64,000 bases of DNA from the NCBI GenBank assembly GCA_963700145.1, contig OY969474.1, positions 5,280,001-5,344,000 on the forward strand, read 5' to 3'. This document shows, piece after piece, positions 54,632 through 64,000 of the stretch; positions within the stretch are counted from its first letter, which is position 1, and each line of letters starts with the position of its first letter. The translations under genes and the position numbers were made by a program. The notes below the pieces were generated by a model. It saw only the letters and a list, made by a program, of their open reading frames with translations, was not told the DNA's origin and searched no databases. This DNA comes from an uncultured Acidobacteriota bacterium (lineage in GTDB: Bacteria; Acidobacteriota; Thermoanaerobaculia; Multivoradales; UBA5704).

Positions 54632-54916
54632 GCGAACCCAGTCGGTCGAGGCGCGAACCCAGTAGATTGCGGCGCGAACCCAGTAGGTCCGGGCGTGAAC
54701 CGAGTGGGTCCAGCGCCGAACCGAGTGGGTCAGCGGCGGAACCGATTGGATCCGCGGGCGAATCGAGTGGATCCAGCGGCGAACCGAGTGGGTCTGGCCG
54801 CGAACCGAGTGGGTCCAGCGCGGAACCGAGTGGGTCGGCGGCTGAATGGAGTGGGTTGACGGCCGAACCGGGTGGGTCGGCGGCCGAACCCGGTGGGTTC
54901 GGCACCGAATCGAGCC
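54632..54916. repeat. Tandem array of 13 complete (+1 partial) 21-bp units, consensus nnGAACCGAGTGGGTCnnnnn
   Basis: Units start exactly every 21 nt from 54632 to 54905, with no indels. Confidence 0.95.
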
Positions 54917-55219
54917 ATGAAGAAGACGGCCCGCCAGCTCCTGGACTCGCCGGAGTTCCGGCGCCTGGTGGCGCGGCGCTGGGCGGTCTCGCTCGCGCTC
55001 ACCGCCGCGCTCTTCGCCGCCTACTACGGCTTCATCCTGCTCGTCGCCCTCGACAAGGCGCTGCTGGCGCGGCGGATCGGCGCCGTGACGACCCTCGGCA
55101 TCCCGCTCGGGGTCGGGGTGATTCTGGTCGCCTGGGTGCTGACCGCGGTGTACGTCGTGTGGGCGAACCGGGTCTACGACCCGGCCGTGCGGCGGCTCCG
55201 CGACAGCCTGGAAGACTGA
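54917..55219 (+). CDS. DUF485 (YjcH-like) small membrane protein
   Basis: SPEFRRLV..R, YYGFILLVA, YV.WAN..YD; usual partner gene of actP. Confidence 0.88.
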   Translation: MKKTARQLLDSPEFRRLVARRWAVSLALTAALFAAYYGFILLVALDKALLARRIGAVTTLGIPLGVGVILVAWVLTAVYVVWANRVYDPAVRRLRDSLED

Positions 55220-55228
55220 GCCCGCGGC

Positions 55229-56767
55229 GTGGAGACCACTCTCGGCCGGCCCACCCTCTCGGCGATCCTCTTCTTCGTCGTCATCGTCGCGCTCACCCTG
55301 GCGGTCACCTGGTGGGCGGCCAAGCGCACCCGCTCGGCGCGCGAGTTCTACGCCGCCGGCCGCAGCGTCTCGGCGCTCCAGAACGGCCTGGCGCTCGCCG
55401 GCGACTACATGAGCGCGGCGTCGTTCCTGGGCATCGCCGGGCTCGTCGCCCTCAAGGGCTACGACGGGATGATCTACGCCACTGGCTGGCTGGTGGGGTG
55501 GCCGGCGCTGATGTTCCTCATCGCCGAGCCGCTGCGCAACCTCGGCAAGTACACCTTCGCCGACGTCGTCGCCTTCCGCCTGCGCCAGCGCCCGGTGCGC
55601 ATCGCCTCGGCCGTCGGCGGCATCCTCACCGTTCTCCTCTACACCATCGCGCAGATGGTGGGCTCGGGCAACCTGATCAAGCTCATGTTCGGCATCTCCT
55701 ACGAGCTGGCGGTCGTGCTGGTCGGCTCGGTGATGCTGGCCTACGTGCTCTTCGGCGGCATGATCGCCACCACCTGGGTGCAGATCATCAAGGCCGTGCT
55801 GCTGCTGGTGGGAGTGACGGTGCTCACCGTCCTCGTCCTCGCTCGCTTTGGCTTCGACCCCGGAAACCTCTACGCCGCCGTCGCCGGCCGCTACGGACAG
55901 GCGGCGCTCGAGCCGGGCGGCCTGGTCACCAGCCCGCTCGACGCGGTCTCCTTGGGGCTCGCCCTGATGCTGGGCCTCCTCGGCCTGCCGCACATCCTGA
56001 TGCGCTTCTACACCGTCCCGGACGCGCGCGCGGCGCGCACCTCGGTGCTCTACGCGACGGGCTTCATCGGCTACTTCTACATGATCATCCCGCTCGTCGG
56101 CTTCGGCGCTGCCGCCCTCGTCGGCCGCGAGGCGATCGAAGCCATCGACAAGGGGGGGAACATGGCGGCGCCGCTGCTCGCCGAGCGGCTCGGCGGCACG
56201 CCCTTCCTCGGCTTCATCGCCGCGGTCGCCTTCGCCACCATCCTGGCGGTCGTGGCGGGCCTGACCCTGGCCGGCGCCTCCGCCCTCTCGCACGACATCT
56301 ACGTGCACGTCGTCAAGGGCGGGCAGGCGACCGAGCGGGAGCAGGTGCGCGTGGCGCGGCGCGCCACCGTCGTCTTCGGCGTCGCCGCGGTCCTCCTCGG
56401 CGTCCTCTTCAAGGGCCAGAACGTCGCCTTCATGGTCGGCCTCGCCTTCGCCATCGCCTGCAGCGCCAACTTCCCGGCGCTCCTCCTGTCGATCGTCTGG
56501 CGGCGCTTCACCACGCGCGGCGCGGTGGCGTCGATCCTGACGGGGGCGGTGCTCACCGTAGTGCTGATCGTCCTGAGCCCGACGGTGTGGGTCGACCTCC
56601 TCGGCAACGCGACCGCCCCCTTCCCGCTGCGCAACCCGGCCATCGTCTCGATGACGGTCTCGATCCTGGTCGGCGTCGTCGTGTCCCTCCTGCGCCGCGA
56701 GCCGAGCGCCGAGGCCAAGTTCGACGACGAGAAGCTGCGGACCTACCTCGGAGTGGGGGCTGAGTAG
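55229..56767 (+). CDS. actP: Cation/acetate symporter (sodium:solute symporter family)
   Basis: QNGLALAGDYMSAASFLGI, AEPLRNLGKYTFAD, GLPHILMRFYTVPDA, AVAFATILAVVAGL. Confidence 0.9.
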   Translation: METTLGRPTLSAILFFVVIVALTLAVTWWAAKRTRSAREFYAAGRSVSALQNGLALAGDYMSAASFLGIAGLVALKGYDGMIYATGWLVGWPALMFLIAEPLRNLGKYTFADVVAFRLRQRPVRIASAVGGILTVLLYTIAQMVGSGNLIKLMFGISYELAVVLVGSVMLAYVLFGGMIATTWVQIIKAVLLLVGVTVLTVLVLARFGFDPGNLYAAVAGRYGQAALEPGGLVTSPLDAVSLGLALMLGLLGLPHILMRFYTVPDARAARTSVLYATGFIGYFYMIIPLVGFGAAALVGREAIEAIDKGGNMAAPLLAERLGGTPFLGFIAAVAFATILAVVAGLTLAGASALSHDIYVHVVKGGQATEREQVRVARRATVVFGVAAVLLGVLFKGQNVAFMVGLAFAIACSANFPALLLSIVWRRFTTRGAVASILTGAVLTVVLIVLSPTVWVDLLGNATAPFPLRNPAIVSMTVSILVGVVVSLLRREPSAEAKFDDEKLRTYLGVGAE

Positions 56768-56976
56768 GCCCCGACGCAGCGCATCCTCGCCAGATTCTGC
56801 GCTGTCACGTTGGAGCGCAGGCAAGACACTTAGGAGATAGAGAGATTGAGTTGCATCGATGTGCTCCCGCACGCTGGCCCTCTCGTGCCGCTCCCCGCCG
56901 CACCTCCCGGTGTCGAGAAAGCCCTCTGATCGTCACCGCGCTCCAACGACAAAGCTCAATCAGGAGGAGGTGTATC

Positions 56977-58500
56977 GTGAACAAGGTTTCGATGGCAGGG
57001 CTGTGGCTGCTCCTCGTCGCGGCGCCGGCGTTCGCGGCGCCGCCGACGAAGATAGCCCCCATTCCAATCGGCGAGCCGGCGGAACCGCCTTCCTACGTCG
57101 TCACCGTCGCCGACGGCGTCCGGCCCGCCGACGTCGTCGCCGGCATCAAGGGCAGGGTCCTCTTCATCTACGAGAAGGCGTTGAACGGTTTCGCGGCTGA
57201 GCTGGACGCGGACGACCTCGCCACCCTGGAGGCCGACGGCCGCGTCACCCTCATCGAGAGGAACATGGTCTACGAGCACGCCGCCAACGTGCAGCAGGCG
57301 GCGGTGCCGACGTGGGGCCTCGACCGCGTCGACCAGCGGTACCTCGCGCTCAGCACCGACTACTGGTGGTACACGAGCGGCAGCGACGCCTCCCAGGTCC
57401 ATGCCTACGTCCTCGACACCGGCATCCGCCCCGACCACGTGGAGTTCGGCGGCCGGGTGGCCACCGGGCCGGGGCAGTGGTTCGACGCCATCCTGGACGG
57501 CTGCCCCAACAACGGGTGCTCCGGCGGCCCCTTCGCCTTCTGCACCAACTTCGGCATCGGCGGCCACGGGACGCACGTGGCCGGCACGATCGGGGCCGCC
57601 AACTACGGCGTCGCCAAGAAGGTGACCCTCCACAACGTCCGCGTCCTCGTCTGCAGCGGCTCCGGGACCACCGCCGGCGTGATCGCCGGCATCAACTGGG
57701 TGGCCGCCAACCACGTCAAGCCGGCGGTCGCCAACATGAGCATCCAGGGACCGCTCTCGGTGGCGATGAACAACGCCGTCAACAGCGCGGTCGCGCAAGG
57801 CGTCGTCTTCGCCGTCGCCGCCGGGAACTTCAACAGCAACGCCTGCAACTTCTCACCCTCCAGCGCGGCCTCGGCCCTCACCGTCGCCGCCTCGACGATC
57901 ACCGACGCGCGCGCCGGCTTCTCCAACTTCGGCACCTGCGTCGATCTCTTCGCTCCGGGCGACGCCATCCCCTCGACCTGGAACTCCAGCACGACGGCCA
58001 TCGCCACCCTCAGCGGCACATCGATGGCCACGCCGCACGTCGCGGGGGCCGCGGCGCTCTCCTTCTACGAGTACCCCACCGCCACCTCGGCGGAGGTTAA
58101 CGCGGGCATCGTCGGCGTCACCACCCCCGGGGTGATCACCAACCCCGGGGCCGGCTCGCCGAACCTGCTGCTCTACTCGCGGCTGCGCAGCCGTCTCAAC
58201 ACCGAGACGGGCAGCCTGAGCAACACGGGCGCCGAGGGCATCCACCCGCTCGGCGTCGGCCGCTTCTACTTCCAGCGCCACGCCGGGCCGCTGGAGGCCC
58301 GCCTCACCGGCACGGGCACCAACTTCGACCTGCGGCTGTTCTACCGCGACCCGGTGTTCAGCTGGCTGCTGGTGGCCTCCTCCACCGGACCGAGCTCTTC
58401 GGAGCGCGTCCTGTACCAGGGCCCGGAGGGGGACTACTACTGGAGCGTGCTCTCGGTGAACGGCTCCGGGACCTACACGCTGAACTGGAGCCAGCCGTAA
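56977..58500 (+). CDS. S8 subtilase (aqualysin/proteinase K-like) with I9 propeptide and PPC-like tail
   Basis: AGGAGG RBS; WGLDRVDQR, VLDTG, GHGTHVAG, AAGN, SGTSMATPHVAG. Confidence 0.93.
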   Translation: MNKVSMAGLWLLLVAAPAFAAPPTKIAPIPIGEPAEPPSYVVTVADGVRPADVVAGIKGRVLFIYEKALNGFAAELDADDLATLEADGRVTLIERNMVYEHAANVQQAAVPTWGLDRVDQRYLALSTDYWWYTSGSDASQVHAYVLDTGIRPDHVEFGGRVATGPGQWFDAILDGCPNNGCSGGPFAFCTNFGIGGHGTHVAGTIGAANYGVAKKVTLHNVRVLVCSGSGTTAGVIAGINWVAANHVKPAVANMSIQGPLSVAMNNAVNSAVAQGVVFAVAAGNFNSNACNFSPSSAASALTVAASTITDARAGFSNFGTCVDLFAPGDAIPSTWNSSTTAIATLSGTSMATPHVAGAAALSFYEYPTATSAEVNAGIVGVTTPGVITNPGAGSPNLLLYSRLRSRLNTETGSLSNTGAEGIHPLGVGRFYFQRHAGPLEARLTGTGTNFDLRLFYRDPVFSWLLVASSTGPSSSERVLYQGPEGDYYWSVLSVNGSGTYTLNWSQP

Positions 58501-58506
58501 GGCTCG

Positions 58507-58548
58507 CGCGCCGGGCAGGGTCGGCGGTTCTCTACCCTGCCCGGCGCG
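58507..58548. terminator. Strong hairpin between convergent genes
   Basis: Perfect 15-bp stem CGCGCCGGGCAGGGT/ACCCTGCCCGGCGCG with 12-nt loop, just after the subtilase stop; weak U-tract. Confidence 0.65.
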
Positions 58549-59555
58549 GCTTGTGCGCTGTAGCCTCGCTCTCGAGCTGACTCAGTTTCGACGAGAAAGG
58601 CTGCACACCTACCTGAGGTGGGGCGGAGTAGACCTAGTGACGCGCTTGGCCATCTTGCTAACAGGCGCACCTGCCTTGAAACTACTCCGGCATACGCCGT
58701 TGGCAGCACTTCTTGTACTTTCTGCCCGAGCCACATGGGCAAGGATCATTTCGTCCCACCCTCATTGCATCGACATTGTGCGAAGACTCGGCGAACGACT
58801 GCCTACTAGGTTCCATCAGGGTGCCAGAATACATCGCCGGTTCGGTAGATTCCATGTCCACAGGTGGACCGCCGTAGTGCAGATGGAAATAGATTCTGTC
58901 GAAAATGTTCGAGTACGACGGCTTCAAGGGTATTTCCAATGGGGCGCCTCTGAGAAGAGACCCCAACCCCCTATGGCGGATGAAGAACCCGGCGATGTCG
59001 AGTTCATCGTCGCAAAACACTCTGCCGTGAAGTTTGAGACGCTGGGCGAGATAATCGCCCAGCTGCTTGGCCCCCCACCCGAAGTATTTCCAGGCTTCTG
59101 CCAGATTTTCCAAGTCTAGTACGTTGACTGCCCAAGGATACGGGTCCTCGCCCCTCCTATCGAGGAGGAGAGCTAGATCCGCCGCTAGTGGGCCGAAGTC
59201 GTCTCGAGTAACACAGACGCAATACGTATAGCGAAGCGTTGCTGGGGGAATCTCAAGGGCGACCTTCCCTCGCTCGTCGTAGAGTGTAATCGTTTCCCCT
59301 GCTCTGAGGCGACGCCAAACTCTGAGTGCTTGTTCATACGCCCCCTGAATCCCGGTGTCTGCGCCAAACGCCTGTCGGAGCCGCACAAAGGCCTTATCTG
59401 GGTCGCGGAACGGCTCTGGGGGGAGGGCTTGCCTTCATCTCAACGATCAGGCACAAGTCATCGCTCATAACGACAAGATCATGCTCGTGGTGATGATTTG
59501 GAGTCTCAAAGAGGTTCGCGTGAAGAGTGCCGGTTCCTCCGAGTAGGCTCTCTAG

Positions 59556-60825
59556 CAGGCTGCTGAAAAACCCCGGTTCGCGCTACCCTTGCAGGCCATG
59601 CGAGGGAAAGCGCGCGAGCAGAGGACGTTGTTGATGGTGGGGTCGTTGGAGGAGCGGATTCCGGCGGCGCATCCGATCCGGCGGATCAAGGGGCTGGCCG
59701 ACCGGGCTCTCGGGCAGTTGAGTGAGGTGTTTGCGGTGATGTACGCCGAGACGGGGCGGCCGTCGGTGCCGCCGGAGCGGCTGCTCAAGGCGCAGCTGCT
59801 GATCGCGCTGTTTTCGGTGCGGAGCGACCGGCAGTTTTGCGAGCAGCTCGAGTACAACCTGCTGTTTCGCTGGTTTTTGGATCTGGAGCTCGACGAGCCG
59901 TCGTTTGACGCGAGCACGTTTTCACGCAACCGGGAGCGGCTGATCCGGCACGAGGTGGCCGAGCGGTTTTTGGCGGCGATCGTGGCTGAGGCGAGCGTGC
60001 AGCGGCTGCTGTCGAGCGAGCACTTCTCGGTGGATGGGACGCTGATCGAGGCCTGGGCGTCGATGAAGAGCTTCCGGCCCAAGGACGGGCCGCCGGGCGG
60101 AGACGCCAACGGCTGGAGCGATTTCACGGGGACGAAGCGGAGCAACGAGACGCACGCCTCGACGACCGACCCGGAAGCGCGCCTGGCCCGCAAGGGGGAT
60201 GGGCACGAGGCGAAGCTCTCGTTTTCCGGCCACGCTCTGATGGAGAACCGCAACGGATTGTTGGTGGACTTCGTGGTGGCCCAGGCCGATGGGTTCGCCG
60301 AGCGCCGCGAAGCTCTGGGTCTGCTCGCGCGGCTCGAAGGCTCGCGGCGCAAGACGGTGGGCGCCGATAAGAGCTACGACACCAAGGGCTTCGTGGCTGC
60401 CTGCCGAGAGCTCGGCGTCACCCCCCACGTCACCCAGAATGCCCACCGGCGCAGGCGCTCGGCAATCGACCGGCGAACAACGCGCCGTCCCGGCTACCGG
60501 ATCAGTCAGGTCGTACGGCGGCGAATCGAGACGATCTTCGGCTGGCTCAAGACCTGCGCAGGGCTGCACCGGACCAGGGTCCGAGGCGTGGCGAGGACGC
60601 AGCTGGCCGCCCGCCTCGCCGCCGCAGCGTACAACCTGCTCCGATTAAGTCGCCTGCTTGTGCCGGCATAGCCCAAAAAGGTCCTGCCCAGCAAAACCAG
60701 CGGCGCTCAAACGCGCCCACAAGGCGCCTGTTGCCCTCCCCTTCCACCCGCGCACGCGACATCGCCCGCTCCCAGATCGCTGTCAGCCTCGCACCCGCCG
60801 TTGAAGGCCGTTTCTCAGCGGCCTG
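59556..60825 (+). mobile_element. IS5-family (IS1182-like) insertion sequence, 1270 bp
   Basis: Terminal IRs CAGGCTGCTGAAAAA / CAGGCCGCTGAGAAA; flanking CTAG duplication at 59552-59555 and 60826-60829. Confidence 0.92.
59598..60671 (+). CDS. IS5-family DDE transposase
   Basis: GRPSVPPERLLKA, YNLLFRWF, FSVDGTLI, GADKSYD, RRRIETIFGWLK, AYNLLRL. Confidence 0.93.
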   Translation: MRGKAREQRTLLMVGSLEERIPAAHPIRRIKGLADRALGQLSEVFAVMYAETGRPSVPPERLLKAQLLIALFSVRSDRQFCEQLEYNLLFRWFLDLELDEPSFDASTFSRNRERLIRHEVAERFLAAIVAEASVQRLLSSEHFSVDGTLIEAWASMKSFRPKDGPPGGDANGWSDFTGTKRSNETHASTTDPEARLARKGDGHEAKLSFSGHALMENRNGLLVDFVVAQADGFAERREALGLLARLEGSRRKTVGADKSYDTKGFVAACRELGVTPHVTQNAHRRRRSAIDRRTTRRPGYRISQVVRRRIETIFGWLKTCAGLHRTRVRGVARTQLAARLAAAAYNLLRLSRLLVPA

Positions 60826-61942
60826 CTAGAGGCTTGCGAGCCTCGTCCTCCAATGTCTTGTCGCGAGCGCGGAAGAACGATGCTCTGTGTGACCCTTCAC
60901 CAAGGCATCGCTCCGAGACCTCCAACACCGCAAGCAAGAGCTCCCCGAATGACGGGCAAACTGCTTCCCCTTGCGAAAGCCTTATCAACGGCCGTTCGTT
61001 GGATATGCTTCGCTCGGTGGGATACTCGATGTGTGGGCCCTCTCCGCGACCAACCGAAAATCTCTGCCAAAAAATCTCAGCCGTGCTCGGGAATGCTTCC
61101 CTCAGGTCATCAAGAGAAACCTTGCCTGCCGAGCTTATCTCCTTCAGTAAAGTCCTGAGCTTTGCGGAGTAGGCGGGCCGTGTCGCAGCGGCTCGGACCT
61201 CTTGCAATCCCCATCGCTGCTGTGCCGCTTCAGCGAGCAGGATGGCTCGGGCCTCGCTTTCTGCTTTGACGGCATGGGTCGCATCGTCGAGGGCTTGCTG
61301 AAGTCGTTGGCCAATCCACTGGCAGATCGCTAAGGCAGAAGAACCACTGACACCGAGCTGGTCAGCTACAGCCGCATCGAATGGAACGACGTACTTCCTG
61401 ATTCGTGCAACGATCTGGTCATCAGATGCAAGGAAACCAGTGCCAACGAAATGCAGGAACGCCGGCATGGCGACAGCTCGCGCCTGCCACCATTTGTCGT
61501 TGAGGTTCGCCTGCTCCTCAGGCGACGGGTAGTAGAGTAGCTCGTAGGCTGAAAACGCCGTATTAAGAAGCTCTTTAGCCCGCTCCAAGTCACCTGCGCA
61601 AAAGTCTTTGGCAACGCGGGGCTCTGGGGTTTCTAGTAGCAGTCCGAGCAGAAATGACCACTGCTTTGCCGGTGAGTGAAGGGTCTGAGATTCCTCAGCT
61701 TGGTTTGCGCGCTTTAGTTCGTGGACAAAACATGCGCCAGCTATAGCTTCGGTGGAGACTGACGAGACCAACAGCCGAAGCTCCTCAACAGCCTTCTTGA
61801 TCGTCTCGATAGAGAGTTCGCGCGGAGTCATGTATGGCTCGGTGCTACGGATCGATGTGCGCCAGTGGGACACCGTGTGCTCCGTCCTGCACTCCAGATG
61901 CGCCCGCAACTTCGCGTAGTCGAATTTCGCCTCGGTAGTGAG

Positions 61943-62362
61943 CTACGGCTCCGTCGGATCGATGAGACGCAGCCCTTCGAAATGACCGCGGAAGAAGCCC
62001 CGGTCGCGGCTTAGGAGAGCCTCCGCTTGCAGCTGAGCGTGGGCGCCGATGAGGAAGTCTGCTACCAACCGATCCCGTTCACGCTGGCGGCGGATTGCAA
62101 GGCAGTACTGCCGCCAGTGCTCGCCCGCTAGTGCGGCGGCCTCCTGCCGCAGGGGTTCGTAGACCACGCCCAGCGTGGCAAGCGCCTCGGCGAACGCAGT
62201 CTCTTCCGGGAAGTGGGCCCGCACCTCGCCCCAGACGACGTCGCAAGCTATGAGAGCGCCTGCGTCGTAGGCGCGGCGAAGAGCTTCTCGCGACGCCAGT
62301 CCAAAGTCGGGGTCGCCCGCCAAGACATCCAGGAGCACCGACGAATCGACCGCGGTCCTCAC
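61943..62362 (-). CDS. PIN-domain (VapC-like) toxin
   Basis: AVDSSVLLD, VVWGEV, ADFLIGAHA, LLSRDRGF; GTG overlaps the antitoxin stop. Confidence 0.88.
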   Translation of the reverse strand: MRTAVDSSVLLDVLAGDPDFGLASREALRRAYDAGALIACDVVWGEVRAHFPEETAFAEALATLGVVYEPLRQEAAALAGEHWRQYCLAIRRQRERDRLVADFLIGAHAQLQAEALLSRDRGFFRGHFEGLRLIDPTEP

Positions 62363-62595
62363 TTTTTCCTCGGCCGAGGCCCTCGCATCTCGTCGAGGAT
62401 CTGGTCGACTGGGCGTGGGAGGCGGAGCGTCGCCCACACTCTGTCGACCGGGTGGTCGCCGGAGATCCCCTTGCGGAGCAGGACGCCCTCTTCCTTCAGC
62501 TCGAACTCGACCGGCGTCCCCGGAACCAGCCCCAGTTGCTCCCGGACCTCGACGGGCACCGTAACCTGACCCTTGGAGGAAATGGTGCTTCTCAT
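62359..62595 (-). CDS. AbrB/MazE/SpoVT-family antitoxin
   Basis: ISSKGQVTVPVEVREQLGLVPG. Confidence 0.9.
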   Translation of the reverse strand: MRSTISSKGQVTVPVEVREQLGLVPGTPVEFELKEEGVLLRKGISGDHPVDRVWATLRLPRPVDQILDEMRGPRPRKK

Positions 62596-62664
62596 GGGTA
62601 AAGCGTACGGCGCTTTACCTCGGAGGTCAATCCGCCTATCCTGATGTCAGGGGAGGTCCGAGTG

Positions 62665-63642
62665 ATGAGCGCGGTCGTCAATTGCGTCGCCTATGCTGAG
62701 GGCCAGCGGGACAAGAGCGTCGACATCGAGGAGATCAGCGAGGTCCTCCAGCAGCCCGATCGCTTCGTCTGGGTCGGGCTCCACGAGCCGAGCGAGGAGC
62801 TGCTCCGCCAGGTCCAGAAGGAGTTCGGCCTCCACGACCTCGCGATCGAGGACGCTCACAGCGCCCATCAGCGGCCCAAGATCGAGATGTACGGCGACTC
62901 GCTCTTCATCGTGCTTCGCACCGCGCAAGTCCAGAGCGAAGGACGAGGGATCGAGTTCGGCGAAACGCACTTCTTCATGGGCTCGCGGTACCTCGTATCC
63001 ATCCGCCACGGCTCGTCGTTGTCCTATACCGAGGTTCGCGCGCGATGCGAAGCCAAGCCGGCACTGCTCCGTAACGGACCGGCGTTCGCGCTCTACGCGC
63101 TGATGGATTCCATCGTCGACCAATACTTCCTGATCGTCGATGCGCTCGAGCAGCAGCTGCAAGCGCTCGAAGAGAAGATCTTCAGCGAGTCGTTTAGTCG
63201 CGAGACCACGGCGGACATCTACAACCTCAAACGCGAGCTGCTCGAAGTCAAGCGCTCCGTCTCGCCGCTCATCGACATCTGCAATCGTTTGATGCGCTTC
63301 GATCTCGAGCTGATCCCCGAGGGCACCCGGCCGTACTTCCGGGACGTCTACGACCACGCCGTCCGGATCAACGAGATGGTGGACATCCTGCGCGAGCTGC
63401 TGACGACGGCGCTGGAAGCGAATTTCTCGCTCATCTCCATCTCGCAGAACGAGGTGACGAAGAGGTTCGCCGGATGGGCCGCGATCATCGCGGTGCCGAC
63501 CATGATCGCCGGCATTTACGGGATGAACTTCCGGAGCATGCCGGAGTTGAGCTGGCAGTACGGCTACCCGGTGGTCCTCTCCTTGACCATCGGGTCGTGC
63601 GTCCTCCTGTACGCGCACTTCAAGCGCTCGGGCTGGCTCTGA
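62665..63642 (+). CDS. corA: Magnesium/cobalt transporter CorA
   Basis: FGLHDLAIED..HQRPKIE, YFRDVYDH, PTMIAGIYGMNF..MPEL; start 62644 or 62665. Confidence 0.93.
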   Translation: MSAVVNCVAYAEGQRDKSVDIEEISEVLQQPDRFVWVGLHEPSEELLRQVQKEFGLHDLAIEDAHSAHQRPKIEMYGDSLFIVLRTAQVQSEGRGIEFGETHFFMGSRYLVSIRHGSSLSYTEVRARCEAKPALLRNGPAFALYALMDSIVDQYFLIVDALEQQLQALEEKIFSESFSRETTADIYNLKRELLEVKRSVSPLIDICNRLMRFDLELIPEGTRPYFRDVYDHAVRINEMVDILRELLTTALEANFSLISISQNEVTKRFAGWAAIIAVPTMIAGIYGMNFRSMPELSWQYGYPVVLSLTIGSCVLLYAHFKRSGWL

Positions 63643-63713
63643 CCTTCCGGGCTGACCAGCGGCGCCTCGGCCTCGTGGGCTGTACTACGATGTGGCATAG
63701 AGGGTATGGGGCG

Positions 63714-63932
63714 ATGCGGGAGAGCATCTCGATCAGCCTGCCTGACGGCGTCAAGACCGAGCTCGATCGCTTCATCGAGCGGCGTGGGATCACGCGCAGC
63801 GAAGCGGTGCGCGAGGCAGTCACGGACTACCTGTTCATGCAGAGACTGCGCGACCTGCGGGGGCAATTGATGCCCAGCGCGGCAGCTCAGGGAGTCTGCA
63901 CCGACGAGGACGTCTTCCGCCTCGTCTCGTGA
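63714..63932 (+). CDS. Ribbon-helix-helix (CopG-like) antitoxin
   Basis: ISISLPD..LDRF..RSEAVREAV..TDEDVFRLVS. Confidence 0.8.
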   Translation: MRESISISLPDGVKTELDRFIERRGITRSEAVREAVTDYLFMQRLRDLRGQLMPSAAAQGVCTDEDVFRLVS

Positions 63933-64000
63933 GGCTCGTCCTCGACACCACGTCCCTGATCGCGGCGTTTTGGCGACTCGAAGCCGTCGTCGAGCATGGC
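63929..64000 (+). CDS. PIN-domain toxin N-terminus (partial, possibly degraded)
   Basis: GTGA coupling; MRLVLDTTSLIAAF resembles the PIN start MRxVLDTNVLIAA. Confidence 0.6.
   Translation, partial: MRLVLDTTSLIAAFWRLEAVVEHG

Larger units (their letters stand above)
58682..61831 (-). pseudogene. NERD-like PD-(D/E)xK + SEC-C protein, interrupted by an IS and a +1 frameshift
   Basis: Removing the IS joins ...EARKPL to ESLLGG...EHDLVV..LIVEMKA; extra base in G6 run at 59418-59423; ends [19 protein letters not shown]. Confidence 0.85.

Noticed and set aside
51585-54905. 1106-aa minus ORF joining the heptad repeat to the secreted protein
   Set aside because: The middle is antisense to the well-conserved DUF255 gene; the secreted protein has its own RBS and signal peptide at 52337.
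54632-54916. CRISPR array
   Set aside because: The 21-nt period leaves only about 7 variable nt, far too short for spacers; repeats are degenerate and there are no cas genes in the window.
58553-59119. 188-aa plus-strand ORF
   Set aside because: Antisense to the SEC-C-containing frame, with no recognisable motif.

Overview
High-GC bacterial DNA (by eye above 70% in core stretches; not computed). The gene content (TPR-CHAT, ELWxxDGT, FG-GAP, DUF885, DUF2911, FHA-GAF-cyclase) resembles Acidobacteriota/Thermoanaerobaculia or a similar diderm lineage; that taxonomy is inference only. About 45 protein genes can be supported. I saw no rRNA, tRNA or CRISPR array. Main blocks: (1) the end of a glycosyltransferase operon, followed by a decayed patch where an orphan copy of a NACHT C-terminus abuts a 5'-truncated esterase-TPR pseudogene, next to an intact DUF4062-NACHT-transmembrane (NLR-like) gene; (2) a TPR/beta-barrel + FecR + two FG-GAP propeller operon; (3) a porin + cupredoxin + Cache/HAMP/pseudo-cyclase/Ser-Thr kinase + GAF-HD-GYP operon, with an FHA-GAF-adenylate cyclase nearby; (4) a PhnD-like membrane-anchored binding protein + EACC1 + caspase fused to a PAP2-type lipid phosphatase/transferase domain; (5) a lower-GC island with a TPR-CHAT protease and two unknown lipoproteins, one carrying a second caspase-like His-Cys motif; (6) envelope and metabolic genes, including a 13-copy 21-bp array before DUF485-actP; (7) a lower-GC right end with a NERD-like nuclease/SEC-C gene split by an intact IS5-family element, and corA flanked by two PIN toxin-antitoxin pairs. 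Blocks 4 and 5 are the best candidates for an undescribed system. All domain calls come from motif recognition, not database searches.
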